Source of the DNA: Candidatus Latescibacterota bacterium
GTDB taxonomy: Bacteria; Latescibacterota; UBA2968; UBA8231
DNA length: 64,000 bases
NCBI GenBank assembly: GCA_965197905.1
Contig: CBDAOB010000005.1
Span: 2,400,001-2,464,000 of the forward strand
Direction: 5' to 3'
Of this stretch, positions 30,561 to 40,431 are shown piece after piece. The position numbers and the translations under genes were made by a program. The notes under the pieces are model-generated. The model did not search any database. It saw nothing but the letters and a program-made list of their open reading frames with translations, and was not told the DNA's origin. Position 1 is the stretch's first letter; each line of letters begins with the position of its first letter.

Positions 30561-31139
30561 TCATGGAGAGAGATCCCGCAGGATCTTCGTAATGCGCGCC
30601 GCGTATTCGGCGTTCATAAACCCCATTATCTTTGCCATCTTCGCTGGTTGCAAATTTCTCAAAAGCATGGCGACGGTGGTATCCGGAAGCTCCGCTTCCT
30701 GCTGCAATATTTCAGCCGCCGCCGCCGGTTTGAGCTGATTGTAAAACTTCGCCAGCTCCTTTATGCTCTCGGCCTGCCGGGCCTGCATCGTGCTATCTTC
30801 GATGAGTCCCAACTCTTGCTGCAACTGGAGGAGGCTATCCTCCTTGGAGCTGATCTTGGCTTTCTCGATTGCAAGGCTGTCTTTGACGGTTTCCGTTTCC
30901 ACCGTCTGCGCCTCATAGTACTCGCGATATTCGTCCGCCAACGCGAATACGTCCTGCAATCTGTCTTCCTTCAGACGAAATTCTTGGGCGAGTCGGGTCG
31001 AATCCCTGGTCCCCAGCAGCATATCGCGCAAATCGGCTGGTTTGCGAACCGTTTCGGTAAAAAAGAGCATCGCAACCAGCGCTGCCGTGAATGAAACGAA
31101 CATCCCGACTATGAGCAGAGGCACCAGGAGAAACTTCAC
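30561..31139 (-). CDS. MotE/MgtE-N-like flagellar-associated protein
   Basis: TM, coiled coil and C-terminal LAKFYNQLKPAAAAEIL..LQPAKMAKIMGFMNAEYAARIT. Confidence 0.7.
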   Translation of the reverse strand: MKFLLVPLLIVGMFVSFTAALVAMLFFTETVRKPADLRDMLLGTRDSTRLAQEFRLKEDRLQDVFALADEYREYYEAQTVETETVKDSLAIEKAKISSKEDSLLQLQQELGLIEDSTMQARQAESIKELAKFYNQLKPAAAAEILQQEAELPDTTVAMLLRNLQPAKMAKIMGFMNAEYAARITKILRDLSP

Positions 31140-31178
31140 TCGTTCATCTCACAACAGAGTCGGGCGTCGAAAAACTCC

Positions 31179-31913
31179 TCAAAGTATGAAGAAAATGTAA
31201 AACAACCCGCTGACCAGTGCGGTGGACAATCCGAACTCCACGATCCTATTATCAACCGGAACAGACGTCTGGTCAACAAGAGCACTGCTTGCCAGCTCTG
31301 CAGATCCCTCTCCGAATGGCCCGGCTTCCATTCGTAGATCCCTGCTACGAGCCCAGCCAATGCTTCCGTTCTGACTCTCCAGACGCAGAAAAATGGCACC
31401 TCGAGCGACGCGGCGCACGCCGCGACCAAAGACAAGCCATTTCGGCTTTTGAGGTTCATATACCACCTGTGGATCGACCATGCGGTAGTACAACCTCCAC
31501 ACCCCCTCATTTCGCTCAGGTCGCTTCAATACAACCGGGATGTGGCGACGCAGGGCCTCCCGTGCAAGTGCATCTTCGGCAATCCAATTCCGAGCCTGGC
31601 GCTCGTCCGGCAATAGCACGATCCCCTTCCCCGCCTGGTCCGGAAGCTCGTCTAATAGCTCGCTCACAACCCCATGGACAGCACGGCTGAAGAGCTGCAA
31701 GTCGGTGAGGCCACTCCCGGTACGCGCGTCAACCTCGGCGGATTTCGAGTTCGCCCAAGCGCCGCCGGCTACTCCGGATATTGCCAGCCAAAGGCCAAGA
31801 ACGATACCTGTCAGTTTCGCCAACTTCAGGTCCAAAAAACATTGTTTTTCAGCTTCGATAATCTGCCGAAACTGTATAAGCCACTTACACTTGCAACAGT
31901 CGAACCTTAACAC
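31179..31913 (-). CDS. Hypothetical exported protein with C-terminal membrane anchor
   Basis: Signal-like segment after a probably spurious N-terminal extension; hydrophobic C-terminus. Confidence 0.55.
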   Translation of the reverse strand: MLRFDCCKCKWLIQFRQIIEAEKQCFLDLKLAKLTGIVLGLWLAISGVAGGAWANSKSAEVDARTGSGLTDLQLFSRAVHGVVSELLDELPDQAGKGIVLLPDERQARNWIAEDALAREALRRHIPVVLKRPERNEGVWRLYYRMVDPQVVYEPQKPKWLVFGRGVRRVARGAIFLRLESQNGSIGWARSRDLRMEAGPFGEGSAELASSALVDQTSVPVDNRIVEFGLSTALVSGLFYIFFIL

Positions 31914-32067
31914 AAATCCCCCTAGCTGTCAAGGCATTTCTGGCCTTGATTGCCCCCGTTTTGTCGGTGTTGCAAGGACCTGTCTTGACTTGGCTTTAGA
32001 TAATCGAATACGTTATTGAAAAGGGCTCAGCGCGCTTCCGATCCTCACGTCTCTTCCGGCCGAAACC

Positions 32068-32793
32068 TTGTCAGATTACCTTGTATATAGCCTCCTAGGA
32101 GTCTTCATCGCTTTCTTCTTGCTGCCAATTAGAGTCGCGCTGCAGATTCGGCGGCAAGACTATGAAGCACCTCTCGAGTTCGACCTTCGCTGGGCCTTTT
32201 TCCGCGGACTGGCGGGGATAGAGATCCAGAGGAAGTCGCCGAGCTGGCTTATTCGACCCCTCTTGTTAGGTATCAGCATCGCCAGACCTCGGCTGCGGCT
32301 GACCCCGGGACCGAAGAAACCGAAAAAAGAAGCTGTCGAGAAACCGGGGGGGCCGGAGAAACCGAAAAAACGCACTCGAGAGGTGGTGAATCAAGTGCGG
32401 GGGTTGGCTGATTTGCTGGCGGCTCCGGGTCTTGGGCTGGTGCGTCGGCTGCCTAAATCGATCTCGTTGCATAGATTGGCCCTCAAGGGCTCCTTCGGTT
32501 TGGCAAATCCCGCGTCCACCGGATCGCTGTGTGGGTATCTCCACGCAATAAATGGTTGGGATTCTGCTCCGCTCACCCTATCGATCCATCCCGAGTTCAC
32601 CAGGAGTGGGCTCAAGGGTCAAATCAGTCTCGCTCTACATCTCCACCACGGGTACGCCCTATTTTCCTTGCTGCAGTTTGCCGGCGTCGTCGCCTATCGC
32701 TACGTGACGCGATTCGCTGCCGGCAAGATGCACAGGATCCGACACTTAGTACACGCACCGAACCGGAGAACCTCAGATGACGGCAAGCCTTGA
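32068..32793 (+). CDS. DUF2953 (YtfI-like) protein
   Basis: N-terminal TM, FGLANPASTGSLCG..IHPEF motif; adjacent to ytfJ/gerW. Confidence 0.7.
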   Translation: MSDYLVYSLLGVFIAFFLLPIRVALQIRRQDYEAPLEFDLRWAFFRGLAGIEIQRKSPSWLIRPLLLGISIARPRLRLTPGPKKPKKEAVEKPGGPEKPKKRTREVVNQVRGLADLLAAPGLGLVRRLPKSISLHRLALKGSFGLANPASTGSLCGYLHAINGWDSAPLTLSIHPEFTRSGLKGQISLALHLHHGYALFSLLQFAGVVAYRYVTRFAAGKMHRIRHLVHAPNRRTSDDGKP

Positions 32794-33163
32794 AAGCCTG
32801 ATCGAACGCGTGCTCGGCGAACTCCACCGCATGGTGAAAACCGAAACCATTGTCGGCGAGCCCGTGGAAGCTGGAGAAGTAACGCTAATACCTGTATCGA
32901 AGATTTCTTTCGGGTTTGGAGCTGGAGGCGGTTCCGAAGGGGGCAAGGGTCAAAGCGGCACGGGTGGCGGCGCCTCGGTAGAGCCGATCGCCTTCGTCGT
33001 AGTGCACCCGGACGGCAAGACCGAGATTCTGCCCATTGGCGACAAGGACGGCGGTTTGGGGCAGCTCGCCCAACTGATGCCGGAAGCCCTTTCCAAGGTC
33101 AAGAAGTTCATGGCGAGGAAGAAGGACCAGGCGATCGACGAGGAAGAAGACCCAGGCGAGTGA
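32777..33163 (+). CDS. GerW/YtfJ family protein
   Basis: TETIVGEP..LIPVSKISFGFGAGG..GTGGGASVEPIAFVVV. Confidence 0.9.
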   Translation: MTASLESLIERVLGELHRMVKTETIVGEPVEAGEVTLIPVSKISFGFGAGGGSEGGKGQSGTGGGASVEPIAFVVVHPDGKTEILPIGDKDGGLGQLAQLMPEALSKVKKFMARKKDQAIDEEEDPGE

Positions 33164-33191
33164 CCCGTCCGCCCAACGCGGCACTTCTCTA

Positions 33192-33704
33192 TCAGAGATG
33201 GTCTCTGTCTGTCGGAAATAGCTTGAAATACCCGTCGAGCACCAGATGGACGTACCAGCCCACCACGCAGGCGACCAGATATATCTTGTTGCCCAGAACG
33301 AATTGAAATCCGTCCGGGAATAACCCATCGACGATGGTCAGGTTCCAAAAACCGAACAACAGGAAAAGCAGGGACGGTACGAACAACGGCGCCAAGCGCC
33401 AGTGGGTCCATCCCCTGTGATGGTCGATAACCGGGAGTAAAGCCACAACTCCAAGGAGGGCTGCAAGTCTGTAGCGGTCGAACCAGGCCAACACAAGCAT
33501 AGAAGACAGGATAGCGCGGAAGAACCACCGTTGGGGTATGGAGGATGTATCCAGGTCGGGAAAGAGTGAGAAGAAAAGCGTCAGCGCGAACAGCTGCCCC
33601 CACGTGCTGAAATCATAGTGGGCGATATTTCCGGTCTGCACCGCAAGCTCGGCAAAAGCAACGCCAGCAAGACATCCTCCCACTAAGTGGCCGCGGAATT
33701 GCAC
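33192..33704 (-). CDS. Membrane-bound metal-dependent hydrolase (YdjM-like)
   Basis: N-terminal GH, FPDLD, HRGWTH, HLVLD motifs in TM context. Confidence 0.8.
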   Translation of the reverse strand: MQFRGHLVGGCLAGVAFAELAVQTGNIAHYDFSTWGQLFALTLFFSLFPDLDTSSIPQRWFFRAILSSMLVLAWFDRYRLAALLGVVALLPVIDHHRGWTHWRLAPLFVPSLLFLLFGFWNLTIVDGLFPDGFQFVLGNKIYLVACVVGWYVHLVLDGYFKLFPTDRDHL

Positions 33705-34792
33705 CCGGCCGCCTCGCTATTGCTCGTCTTGCCCTGAGCTTTCTGGTTTTGGTGGTAGAGCTGACCGCAAGCGGCCAAGACATCTCTTCCCTTGCTTTCG
33801 CGGATCGTGACGGCTACTCGGGTCGAACCTGTGAGAATATCTCTGAACAGGCGGATTCTATCCGGCGTCGGGCGACGGTAATCGTCGGAAGGTTCGAACT
33901 GGTTGTACGGAATCAGGTTGATCTTGCAGGGAACTCGCCTGCTGAGCCCGGCGAGACGAGCGGCGTCCGCATCCGAATCGGTCAAACCTTCCATCAAAAC
34001 ATACTCGAAGGTGACCCTTCGGCCGGTCAGATCGAAGTACTCTCCGGCGGCGGCGACAAGCTGATCGATATCGAACTTGCGGTTGATCGGCATGATGGTG
34101 CTTCTCAGCGGGTCGGTGGTTCCGTTGAGGGAAATGGCGAGACCAACGTTGAGGCCCTCGCGCGCCAGCCTTCGAATGCCCGGGACATAACCGGCGGTAG
34201 ACACGGTTGTTTTGCGACCCCCTATCGCGAGACCCTGTTCCTGCCGCATTATCCGCAAGGACCTCACCAGGGGGTCGTAGTTGAGTAGCGGCTCACCCAT
34301 TCCCATCATCACCACGTTCGTAACGCGGCCGTGTTGCTCCAACGCCAGGCGTTGCATCTGAATGAGCTGATCCACGATTTCGGCGGCCCTCAGATTGCGA
34401 ACGAACCCCATCTTAGCGGTGGCGCAGAATGTGCAACCTAAGGGACAGCCGACCTGCGAAGAGAGACAAGCGGTGACGCGCGACCCTTCACGCATCAGAA
34501 CGGACTCCACGTGCAAGCCATCCCGCAATTGAAAAAGGAACTTCGTCGCACAGTCTGCGTTGGAGCTGACCGTCGAAGTCAGACGCAAGCCGGTCACCTG
34601 AACCCGCTGTTTGAGTTGCTCGCGAAACGACTTCGATAGATCGGTCATATCGTCTAGATCGGTAGTGCCACGTGCATGCACCCAGGACATGAGCTGCCCG
34701 GCGCGGTACGGCTCATGCCCGAGCCCTTCGACGAGGGCAGTCAGCTCCTCGGGGAGCAGGTCTTTTAGATCGACGATATCGGGGTCATTCAT
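33683..34792 (-). CDS. rlmN: Dual-specificity RNA methyltransferase RlmN
   Basis: SSQVGCPLGCTFC (radical SAM), MGMGEPLLN, NLIPYN, AACGQL. Confidence 0.95.
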   Translation of the reverse strand: MNDPDIVDLKDLLPEELTALVEGLGHEPYRAGQLMSWVHARGTTDLDDMTDLSKSFREQLKQRVQVTGLRLTSTVSSNADCATKFLFQLRDGLHVESVLMREGSRVTACLSSQVGCPLGCTFCATAKMGFVRNLRAAEIVDQLIQMQRLALEQHGRVTNVVMMGMGEPLLNYDPLVRSLRIMRQEQGLAIGGRKTTVSTAGYVPGIRRLAREGLNVGLAISLNGTTDPLRSTIMPINRKFDIDQLVAAAGEYFDLTGRRVTFEYVLMEGLTDSDADAARLAGLSRRVPCKINLIPYNQFEPSDDYRRPTPDRIRLFRDILTGSTRVAVTIRESKGRDVLAACGQLYHQNQKAQGKTSNSEAAGCNSAAT

Positions 34793-34815
34793 GACGTGCT
34801 TCGATGCGGATCCGC

Positions 34816-34844
34816 TTGACGGAAGAGTGCCGTAGGTTTATTAT
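34816..34844 (+). promoter_or_regulatory. sigma70 promoter upstream of the M23 peptidase
   Basis: TTGACG-N17-TATTAT. Confidence 0.55.
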
Positions 34845-34937
34845 AATAAACATCTTGCGAATAATTCGGTAGGTCGGCGCCGGGGCCGCCGCGCGTCGAT
34901 CCCCCACCCTTCGAGTCACTGATCAGCACGCTCTAAC

Positions 34938-36275
34938 TTGAAAACCAGCCTCCCATCGGCAGCTTGGTTCTGGGCTAGCATCATCTCCATTCTCGTGCTG
35001 ATGGGCCTCCGCTTTGAAATCCTAAGTCAGCGCAGCCTGGCACATCCGGCAGGCCCGCGCACCCTGGTTGCGCTCGTCGAAGATTCCACAGGAATCGCGT
35101 TCGTCGGGCCGCTGCCGGCGCAACCTAAAGCGGTGATTCGGGATCCCAGCGTGAGGGTGATTCGCGATACCCTGCGGCGCGACGATTCCATCTACAGCTC
35201 GCTGAAACAGCACGGCATTTCCGAGCTCCAGATCGCCCAGCTGACCCAGGCGCTCGGAAAAGTTTTCGATGCCAAGAACCGCTCGAGGCCCCGCGACAAC
35301 TATATATTGACCGCCGACATGAGCGGTCAGCTTCGCGAATTCAGATACGTGTCACATTCGCAACCGGAAAAACCAATCCTTGTTGAGCGAAATGGGGACG
35401 GCCTGTACGGACGCCGCCTCAGTCTTCCGTTGGAACGCAGGACTGAAGTATTAGAAATTATGATCGCCGACAATCTTTCCAACGCCATGAATCGAGCCGG
35501 GGAAAGCGACGTATTAACCGATCTCCTCGCAGATAAAATCTTCGGAGCTGTAATCGATTTCCAGAAGGATCCACGGGAAGGAGATCGCCTGGGCGTCGTG
35601 TTCGAGAAGCTCTATCAGGATGACCGTTTTGTTCGCTACGGAGGCGTGCGCCTTGCTCGTTACGAAGGCGAGCAAGTATCCAAGACCGCGGTGAGCTTCG
35701 ATGAAGGAGATGGCCGAGCCCGATTTTACGATGACGACGGCAACACATTGCGCCGCCCGTTCCTCCTGAAACCCCTTTCATTCCGCCGCATAAGCTCGCG
35801 CTTCAACCGCCGGCGCTTTCACCCCATTCTGAAGAAAACGATCGCCCACCTCGGCACTGATTACGCTGCCCGTCGAGGTACCCCCGTTTGGGCTACTGGC
35901 AGGGGCACGGTAGTTCATGCGGGCTGGAAAGGAAGCTACGGCAAAATGGTCGAAATCGAACACCCCAACGGCTACCGCACCAGGTTTGCGCATTTGAGCA
36001 GAGTTAAGGTCCGACTGGGACAGCGGGTGGACCAGTTTGATACAATCGGTCTGGTGGGGGCGACTGGACGAGCCACCGGTCCCCATCTTCACTACGAGTT
36101 GATCAAGCGTGGCAGGCACCTCGATCCTGGCAGTGTCAATCGCGGCATCAAAGGTACGCCACTGGCCGATGACCACCGCGGCGCCTTCGTCGATCAACGC
36201 GATCGGTTGCTGGAACTCCTGGAAGCCAAGTCACGCCACCGATCGACACAGACGGTGTTGGCTTCGGGCATCTGA
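34938..36275 (+). CDS. M23 family peptidoglycan DD-endopeptidase (MepM-like)
   Basis: HLGTDY, FAHL, TGPHLHYE zinc motifs; N-terminal TM. Confidence 0.9.
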   Translation: MKTSLPSAAWFWASIISILVLMGLRFEILSQRSLAHPAGPRTLVALVEDSTGIAFVGPLPAQPKAVIRDPSVRVIRDTLRRDDSIYSSLKQHGISELQIAQLTQALGKVFDAKNRSRPRDNYILTADMSGQLREFRYVSHSQPEKPILVERNGDGLYGRRLSLPLERRTEVLEIMIADNLSNAMNRAGESDVLTDLLADKIFGAVIDFQKDPREGDRLGVVFEKLYQDDRFVRYGGVRLARYEGEQVSKTAVSFDEGDGRARFYDDDGNTLRRPFLLKPLSFRRISSRFNRRRFHPILKKTIAHLGTDYAARRGTPVWATGRGTVVHAGWKGSYGKMVEIEHPNGYRTRFAHLSRVKVRLGQRVDQFDTIGLVGATGRATGPHLHYELIKRGRHLDPGSVNRGIKGTPLADDHRGAFVDQRDRLLELLEAKSRHRSTQTVLASGI

Positions 36276-36342
36276 ACACCACCTGCTTTACCCGGGCGAT
36301 GGCTTGACAGCGGCTGTCCCGTGGCATTGTGTTTCTCCAATA

Positions 36343-36753
36343 ATGGAACGCGATTTCCTCGAGGACATCGAAAAGGTCGTCGACGCCGATGGGCGCTTTC
36401 GCAAGGAGGCATATCTCTTCGTTTTCGATGCCTTGCAACACACGGTGGAGTCGATGGGCAAGACCGATCTGCCCAAAGACCGCCGGCACGTCTCGGGGAA
36501 GGAACTGCTCTCTGGAATCAGCGCTTTTGCGTTGGACCAATTCGGACCCCTCACACGCTCGGTATTCCACCATTGGGGCGTGACCTGTACCCGCGATTTC
36601 GGCGGCATCGTTTTCAGCCTCGTCGACGCAAACCTCATGAGTAAAACAGAAAACGACAACATCGAAGACTTTTCCGAGGTCTTCGATTTTGACGAGGAAT
36701 TCGACTGGAGGAAACGAAGGGCCGAATTCAGACCGAAATCGTCAGCCACATGA
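36343..36753 (+). CDS. Conserved hypothetical protein (Minf_1886-like)
   Basis: Start at MERDF; DGRFRKEAYLFV..RHVSGKELL..QFGPL..WGV..DFGGIVF..DF. Confidence 0.75.
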   Translation: MERDFLEDIEKVVDADGRFRKEAYLFVFDALQHTVESMGKTDLPKDRRHVSGKELLSGISAFALDQFGPLTRSVFHHWGVTCTRDFGGIVFSLVDANLMSKTENDNIEDFSEVFDFDEEFDWRKRRAEFRPKSSAT

Positions 36754-37958
36754 GAGTCGCCTATTTCGAGTGTTTCTCCGGCATCAGCGGCGACATGACC
36801 CTCGGTGCCCTGCTCGATGCCGGTGCCGATATCGCCGAGGTTTCCGCCGCTATCGACAAGCTTGATATCCCTGGCGTAGGACTACAGACCCGGCGCACCA
36901 CCCGCAACTCCATCGCCGCCACCGCCGTCGATGTTCTCGTCGCCGGCAAACCTATCGTCGAGGACCGGGAGCATCTCCACGACGGGCAGTCCGGGCACCA
37001 CGTGCCAGAGATCGTCGGGATTATCGAAAAAAGCGAGCTTGCCAACGAGGACAAACGACGGTCCGTGGAGGTCTTTCAACGATTGGCCGCAGCGGAGTCC
37101 CGAGTTCACGGCATTCCGCTGGAGCAAGTCCACCTCCATGAGGTAGGCGCCGTGGACGCTATTGTTGACGTTGTGGGCTCGATCGTCGCGCTTTCATCTC
37201 TGGGCATCGACCGTGTCTACTCTTCGAGACTTCGCTTCGGCACTGGATTTGTGACCTGCAGCCACGGGAAAATTCCTGTTCCAGTGCCCGCCGTTGTCGA
37301 GTTGTGCAAGGACGTGCCCTCGGAACAGACCGACATTGCGGCGGAATTGGTGACACCTACTGGCGCGGCGTTGATAACAACCCTTGCAGATGGATTTGGA
37401 TCGGTACCAGCCTTCGTTCAAGATCGAGTCGGTTACGGGTGCGGCAAGAGGGAATTGGATGTGTTGCCCAATCTACTGCGCGTTCGCGTAGGAGAGTGTT
37501 CCGAGCGCCCTCAAGGCGACCAGTGTTTGATGGTCGAAGCAAATATCGACGACATGAATCCGGAGATATTCGGCTACTTGTTTGATATCCTTCTTGATCG
37601 CGGCGCCAAAGACGTCTTCGTCACTCCTGTTCTCATGAAGAAGGGCAGACCAGGGCAGCTTCTTTCCGCGCTCGTGGACAGCGCCCGGTTGGACGATGTC
37701 GCCGGGGCGATACTCCGAGAAACCACCACTCTCGGGGTCAGGCACTATCCGGTAGATCGAAAAACAATCCACCGTCGCTCAGAAACGGTGGCGACGAAAT
37801 TCGGGTCGATTAGGGTGAAGGTCAGCGAGTTCGATGGCAGACGCAGATTTGCTCCCGAGTACGACGACTGCCTTCGCGTTGCCAAAGAAAAAAAGGTGCC
37901 TATTCTATCTGTATTCTCGGCAGCCCGTAGTGCTATTCCGGAGGATGACTTTCAATGA
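36750..37958 (+). CDS. larC: Nickel pincer cofactor biosynthesis protein LarC
   Basis: SGISGDMTLGAL, HLHEVGAVDAIVD, ELVTPTGA, EANIDD, MKKGRPG, ETTTLGVR, PEYDDC. Confidence 0.95.
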   Translation: MRVAYFECFSGISGDMTLGALLDAGADIAEVSAAIDKLDIPGVGLQTRRTTRNSIAATAVDVLVAGKPIVEDREHLHDGQSGHHVPEIVGIIEKSELANEDKRRSVEVFQRLAAAESRVHGIPLEQVHLHEVGAVDAIVDVVGSIVALSSLGIDRVYSSRLRFGTGFVTCSHGKIPVPVPAVVELCKDVPSEQTDIAAELVTPTGAALITTLADGFGSVPAFVQDRVGYGCGKRELDVLPNLLRVRVGECSERPQGDQCLMVEANIDDMNPEIFGYLFDILLDRGAKDVFVTPVLMKKGRPGQLLSALVDSARLDDVAGAILRETTTLGVRHYPVDRKTIHRRSETVATKFGSIRVKVSEFDGRRRFAPEYDDCLRVAKEKKVPILSVFSAARSAIPEDDFQ

Positions 37959-38728
37959 AACCCATTTCAAAATGGGCGCTAGCGAGTGCCCTGTGTGCTT
38001 CCGCCTTCTGCACTTCTACCCTCAAAGCGGAGCGCCCTATCGAGCTGGGTGAACTGGAGAGATTCGATCTTCTGCGGGTGTTGCCTGTTATCGAGGGGCA
38101 CCAACCCAGAATGATCTTGGGCGATATTCATGGCTTCGTCAGGGTTTTCGAGCAACGCGAAGTGGGTTTCGAGGAAATTTGGGTCAGCGAGTACCTTGAA
38201 GGTGCCATCGGCGGTGTCGAGGTGATCGACATGGACAACGATTCGAAGGAAGAGATCGTCCTCTACACTGAAACGGGCAGACTTCATTATCTCGACGTCA
38301 AGTCTTATACCATCAAGTGGAGCAACCCACCGTCTGAATATGAGCGAATAACCGCGCTGACGGCGCAGAATGTGGACGATGACCCACAACCGGAGCTTAT
38401 CTTCTGCGCCGACGGCCGGCTCATAATCTACGACGGCCGCGACCAGTTCGAGGAGTGGCGGAGCGACCAGGACAACATCACTGCCACCGAGCTGTTGATC
38501 GCCGATGTCGACGGCGACGATGAACGAGAGATCGTGCTCAACGATGGGTTCGTCTTCGACGCCTCCTTCCACGATCTCGAATGGCAGTCTCCCACCCAGT
38601 TCGGCGACAAGATGGGAGTACTCGACCTGGACAACGATGGAATCGTCGAGCTCGTCGGCGAATTTCGCGGCCGCTTCATCCGCATATTCGATGTGGATTT
38701 GCGACGGGAGAAGTCGCTCAAACGTTGA
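37955..38728 (+). CDS. Exported FG-GAP-like repeat protein
   Basis: Signal peptide; DMDNDSKEEI, NVDDDPQPEL, DVDGDDEREI, DLDNDGIVEL repeats. Confidence 0.75.
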   Translation: MKPISKWALASALCASAFCTSTLKAERPIELGELERFDLLRVLPVIEGHQPRMILGDIHGFVRVFEQREVGFEEIWVSEYLEGAIGGVEVIDMDNDSKEEIVLYTETGRLHYLDVKSYTIKWSNPPSEYERITALTAQNVDDDPQPELIFCADGRLIIYDGRDQFEEWRSDQDNITATELLIADVDGDDEREIVLNDGFVFDASFHDLEWQSPTQFGDKMGVLDLDNDGIVELVGEFRGRFIRIFDVDLRREKSLKR

Positions 38729-38767
38729 GGTTCTTGCGGGCGCGAATCGTACACGAAAGGAGTTCGA

Positions 38768-39760
38768 ATGTCTAGACCGGTGACGCTGTTTACAGGTCAA
38801 TGGGCCGATCTCGATATCGAGACCATGTGCCAGAAAGCCATCTCTTTCGGCTTTGACGGATTGGAACTGGGCTGCTGGGGTGACCATTTCGAGGTCGAGA
38901 AGGCAGATGCCGCCTACTGCGAAGCGAGACGCCAACTTCTAGAGGCACATAACCTGCAGCTGTATTCGATCTCGAATCACCTTGCGGGTCAGGCTGTCTG
39001 CGACAATATAGATGATCGACACAAGGCGATTCTGCCCGGATATGTCTGGGGCGATGGTGACCCCGAAGGCGTGCGACGACGAGCCGCCGATGAGATGGTG
39101 GCGACGGCAGAGGCGGCCAAACACCTGGGGGTGGAAGTCGTCAACGGTTTTACCGGATCCTCCATCTGGCACCTGCTCTACTCCTTCCCACCGGTTCTGC
39201 CAGCCATGATAGACAACGGGTTCCGCGACTTTGCGGAACGTTGGCGGCCAATTCTGGATGAATTTCAAAGTCGTGGCATCCGCTTTGCGTTGGAGGTGCA
39301 TCCCACCGAAATCGCCTTCGACATCGCTTCAGCTGAACGCGCCATCGACGCAGTGGAAGGACACCCCGCCTTCGGATTCAATTACGATCCGAGCCACCTG
39401 GGTTACCAGGGAGTTGATTACGTCGAGTTTCTGTACAGGTTCGGCGAGCGCATTTTTCACGTTCACATGAAAGATGTCACCTGGTCCAGCTCGCCCACGG
39501 ATGCGGGTGTATTTGGTGGTCATTTGGATTTTGGAGACCGTCGAAGATTTTGGGACTTCAGGTCGGTGGGGCGCGGTAGAATCGACTTCGAGGAAATCAT
39601 TCGCGCCTTGAACCGCATCAACTATTCCGGGCCGCTTTCCATAGAGTGGGAAGACAGCGGTATGGATAGAGAGCATGGCGCGGCTGAATCCTGTGCCTAT
39701 GTAAAGGAGGCCGATTTCGAACCTTCCGCCTTTGCCTTCGACTCCACTTTCGCAGATTAA
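38768..39760 (+). CDS. Sugar phosphate isomerase/epimerase (xylose-isomerase-like TIM barrel)
   Basis: [38 protein letters not shown]. Confidence 0.9.
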   Translation: MSRPVTLFTGQWADLDIETMCQKAISFGFDGLELGCWGDHFEVEKADAAYCEARRQLLEAHNLQLYSISNHLAGQAVCDNIDDRHKAILPGYVWGDGDPEGVRRRAADEMVATAEAAKHLGVEVVNGFTGSSIWHLLYSFPPVLPAMIDNGFRDFAERWRPILDEFQSRGIRFALEVHPTEIAFDIASAERAIDAVEGHPAFGFNYDPSHLGYQGVDYVEFLYRFGERIFHVHMKDVTWSSSPTDAGVFGGHLDFGDRRRFWDFRSVGRGRIDFEEIIRALNRINYSGPLSIEWEDSGMDREHGAAESCAYVKEADFEPSAFAFDSTFAD

Positions 39761-40427
39761 GGAACGTTCGAGATTGCCCCCCGCGCAATTGAGGTTGACA
39801 ACTCTCCTGATTTCATTGATGTCGCTTGCGCCGTGCTTCGGACAGGGGCATGCCGGAGGAATGACGGAGGAGGAGCTGAAGATTGCCACGGAGAGTCTTC
39901 AGAAGGCACTGGCCGGCCCCAAGGAAGAGGCCTATCTGCAGGTACTCGTCGACGCCAAGGTCTTTTACAATCCCTACGCCGACACCGCCTCATCCTACGA
40001 TATAGTTGTCCGCTACGATCCGGCGCGCTACCGCAATGACCGGGTCGGCGTCTACCCGATCACCTTCGAGGATCAGTTCATTCTTTGGGGAAAACGAATT
40101 TCCCTTTTCACCCGCAGCACCGAATGGGAGAGCGGCTCGTTCTATTTACGGGACATCGGCAGCGCCAGGGAGGCATGGATCTCCACCGAGGATTGTCGCC
40201 GGTTGTATCAGCCTAGAACGAAGAAGCTACCGCCCATTGGCGACAACCCCGCGACCTTCAGGAAGTGGCTACGCTTGATATACAAGATCGAGCCTGGAAC
40301 GGAGTTGCGCACCATGAGTCGATGGCTGCAGCTGCTGAAGGAAGAACGGCGCGCGCTCGTCGTGAAGCGCATGCGCGAAGCCCATTCCGCCGCCCAGGCT
40401 GCGGCTCAGGCTGCCGCCGAACAATAG
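39732..40427 (+). CDS. Hypothetical exported protein (start probably downstream)
   Basis: Co-oriented ORF filling the gap; signal-like [16 protein letters not shown] segment. Confidence 0.6.
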   Translation: MPSTPLSQIKERSRLPPAQLRLTTLLISLMSLAPCFGQGHAGGMTEEELKIATESLQKALAGPKEEAYLQVLVDAKVFYNPYADTASSYDIVVRYDPARYRNDRVGVYPITFEDQFILWGKRISLFTRSTEWESGSFYLRDIGSAREAWISTEDCRRLYQPRTKKLPPIGDNPATFRKWLRLIYKIEPGTELRTMSRWLQLLKEERRALVVKRMREAHSAAQAAAQAAAEQ

Positions 40428-40431
40428 CGCT

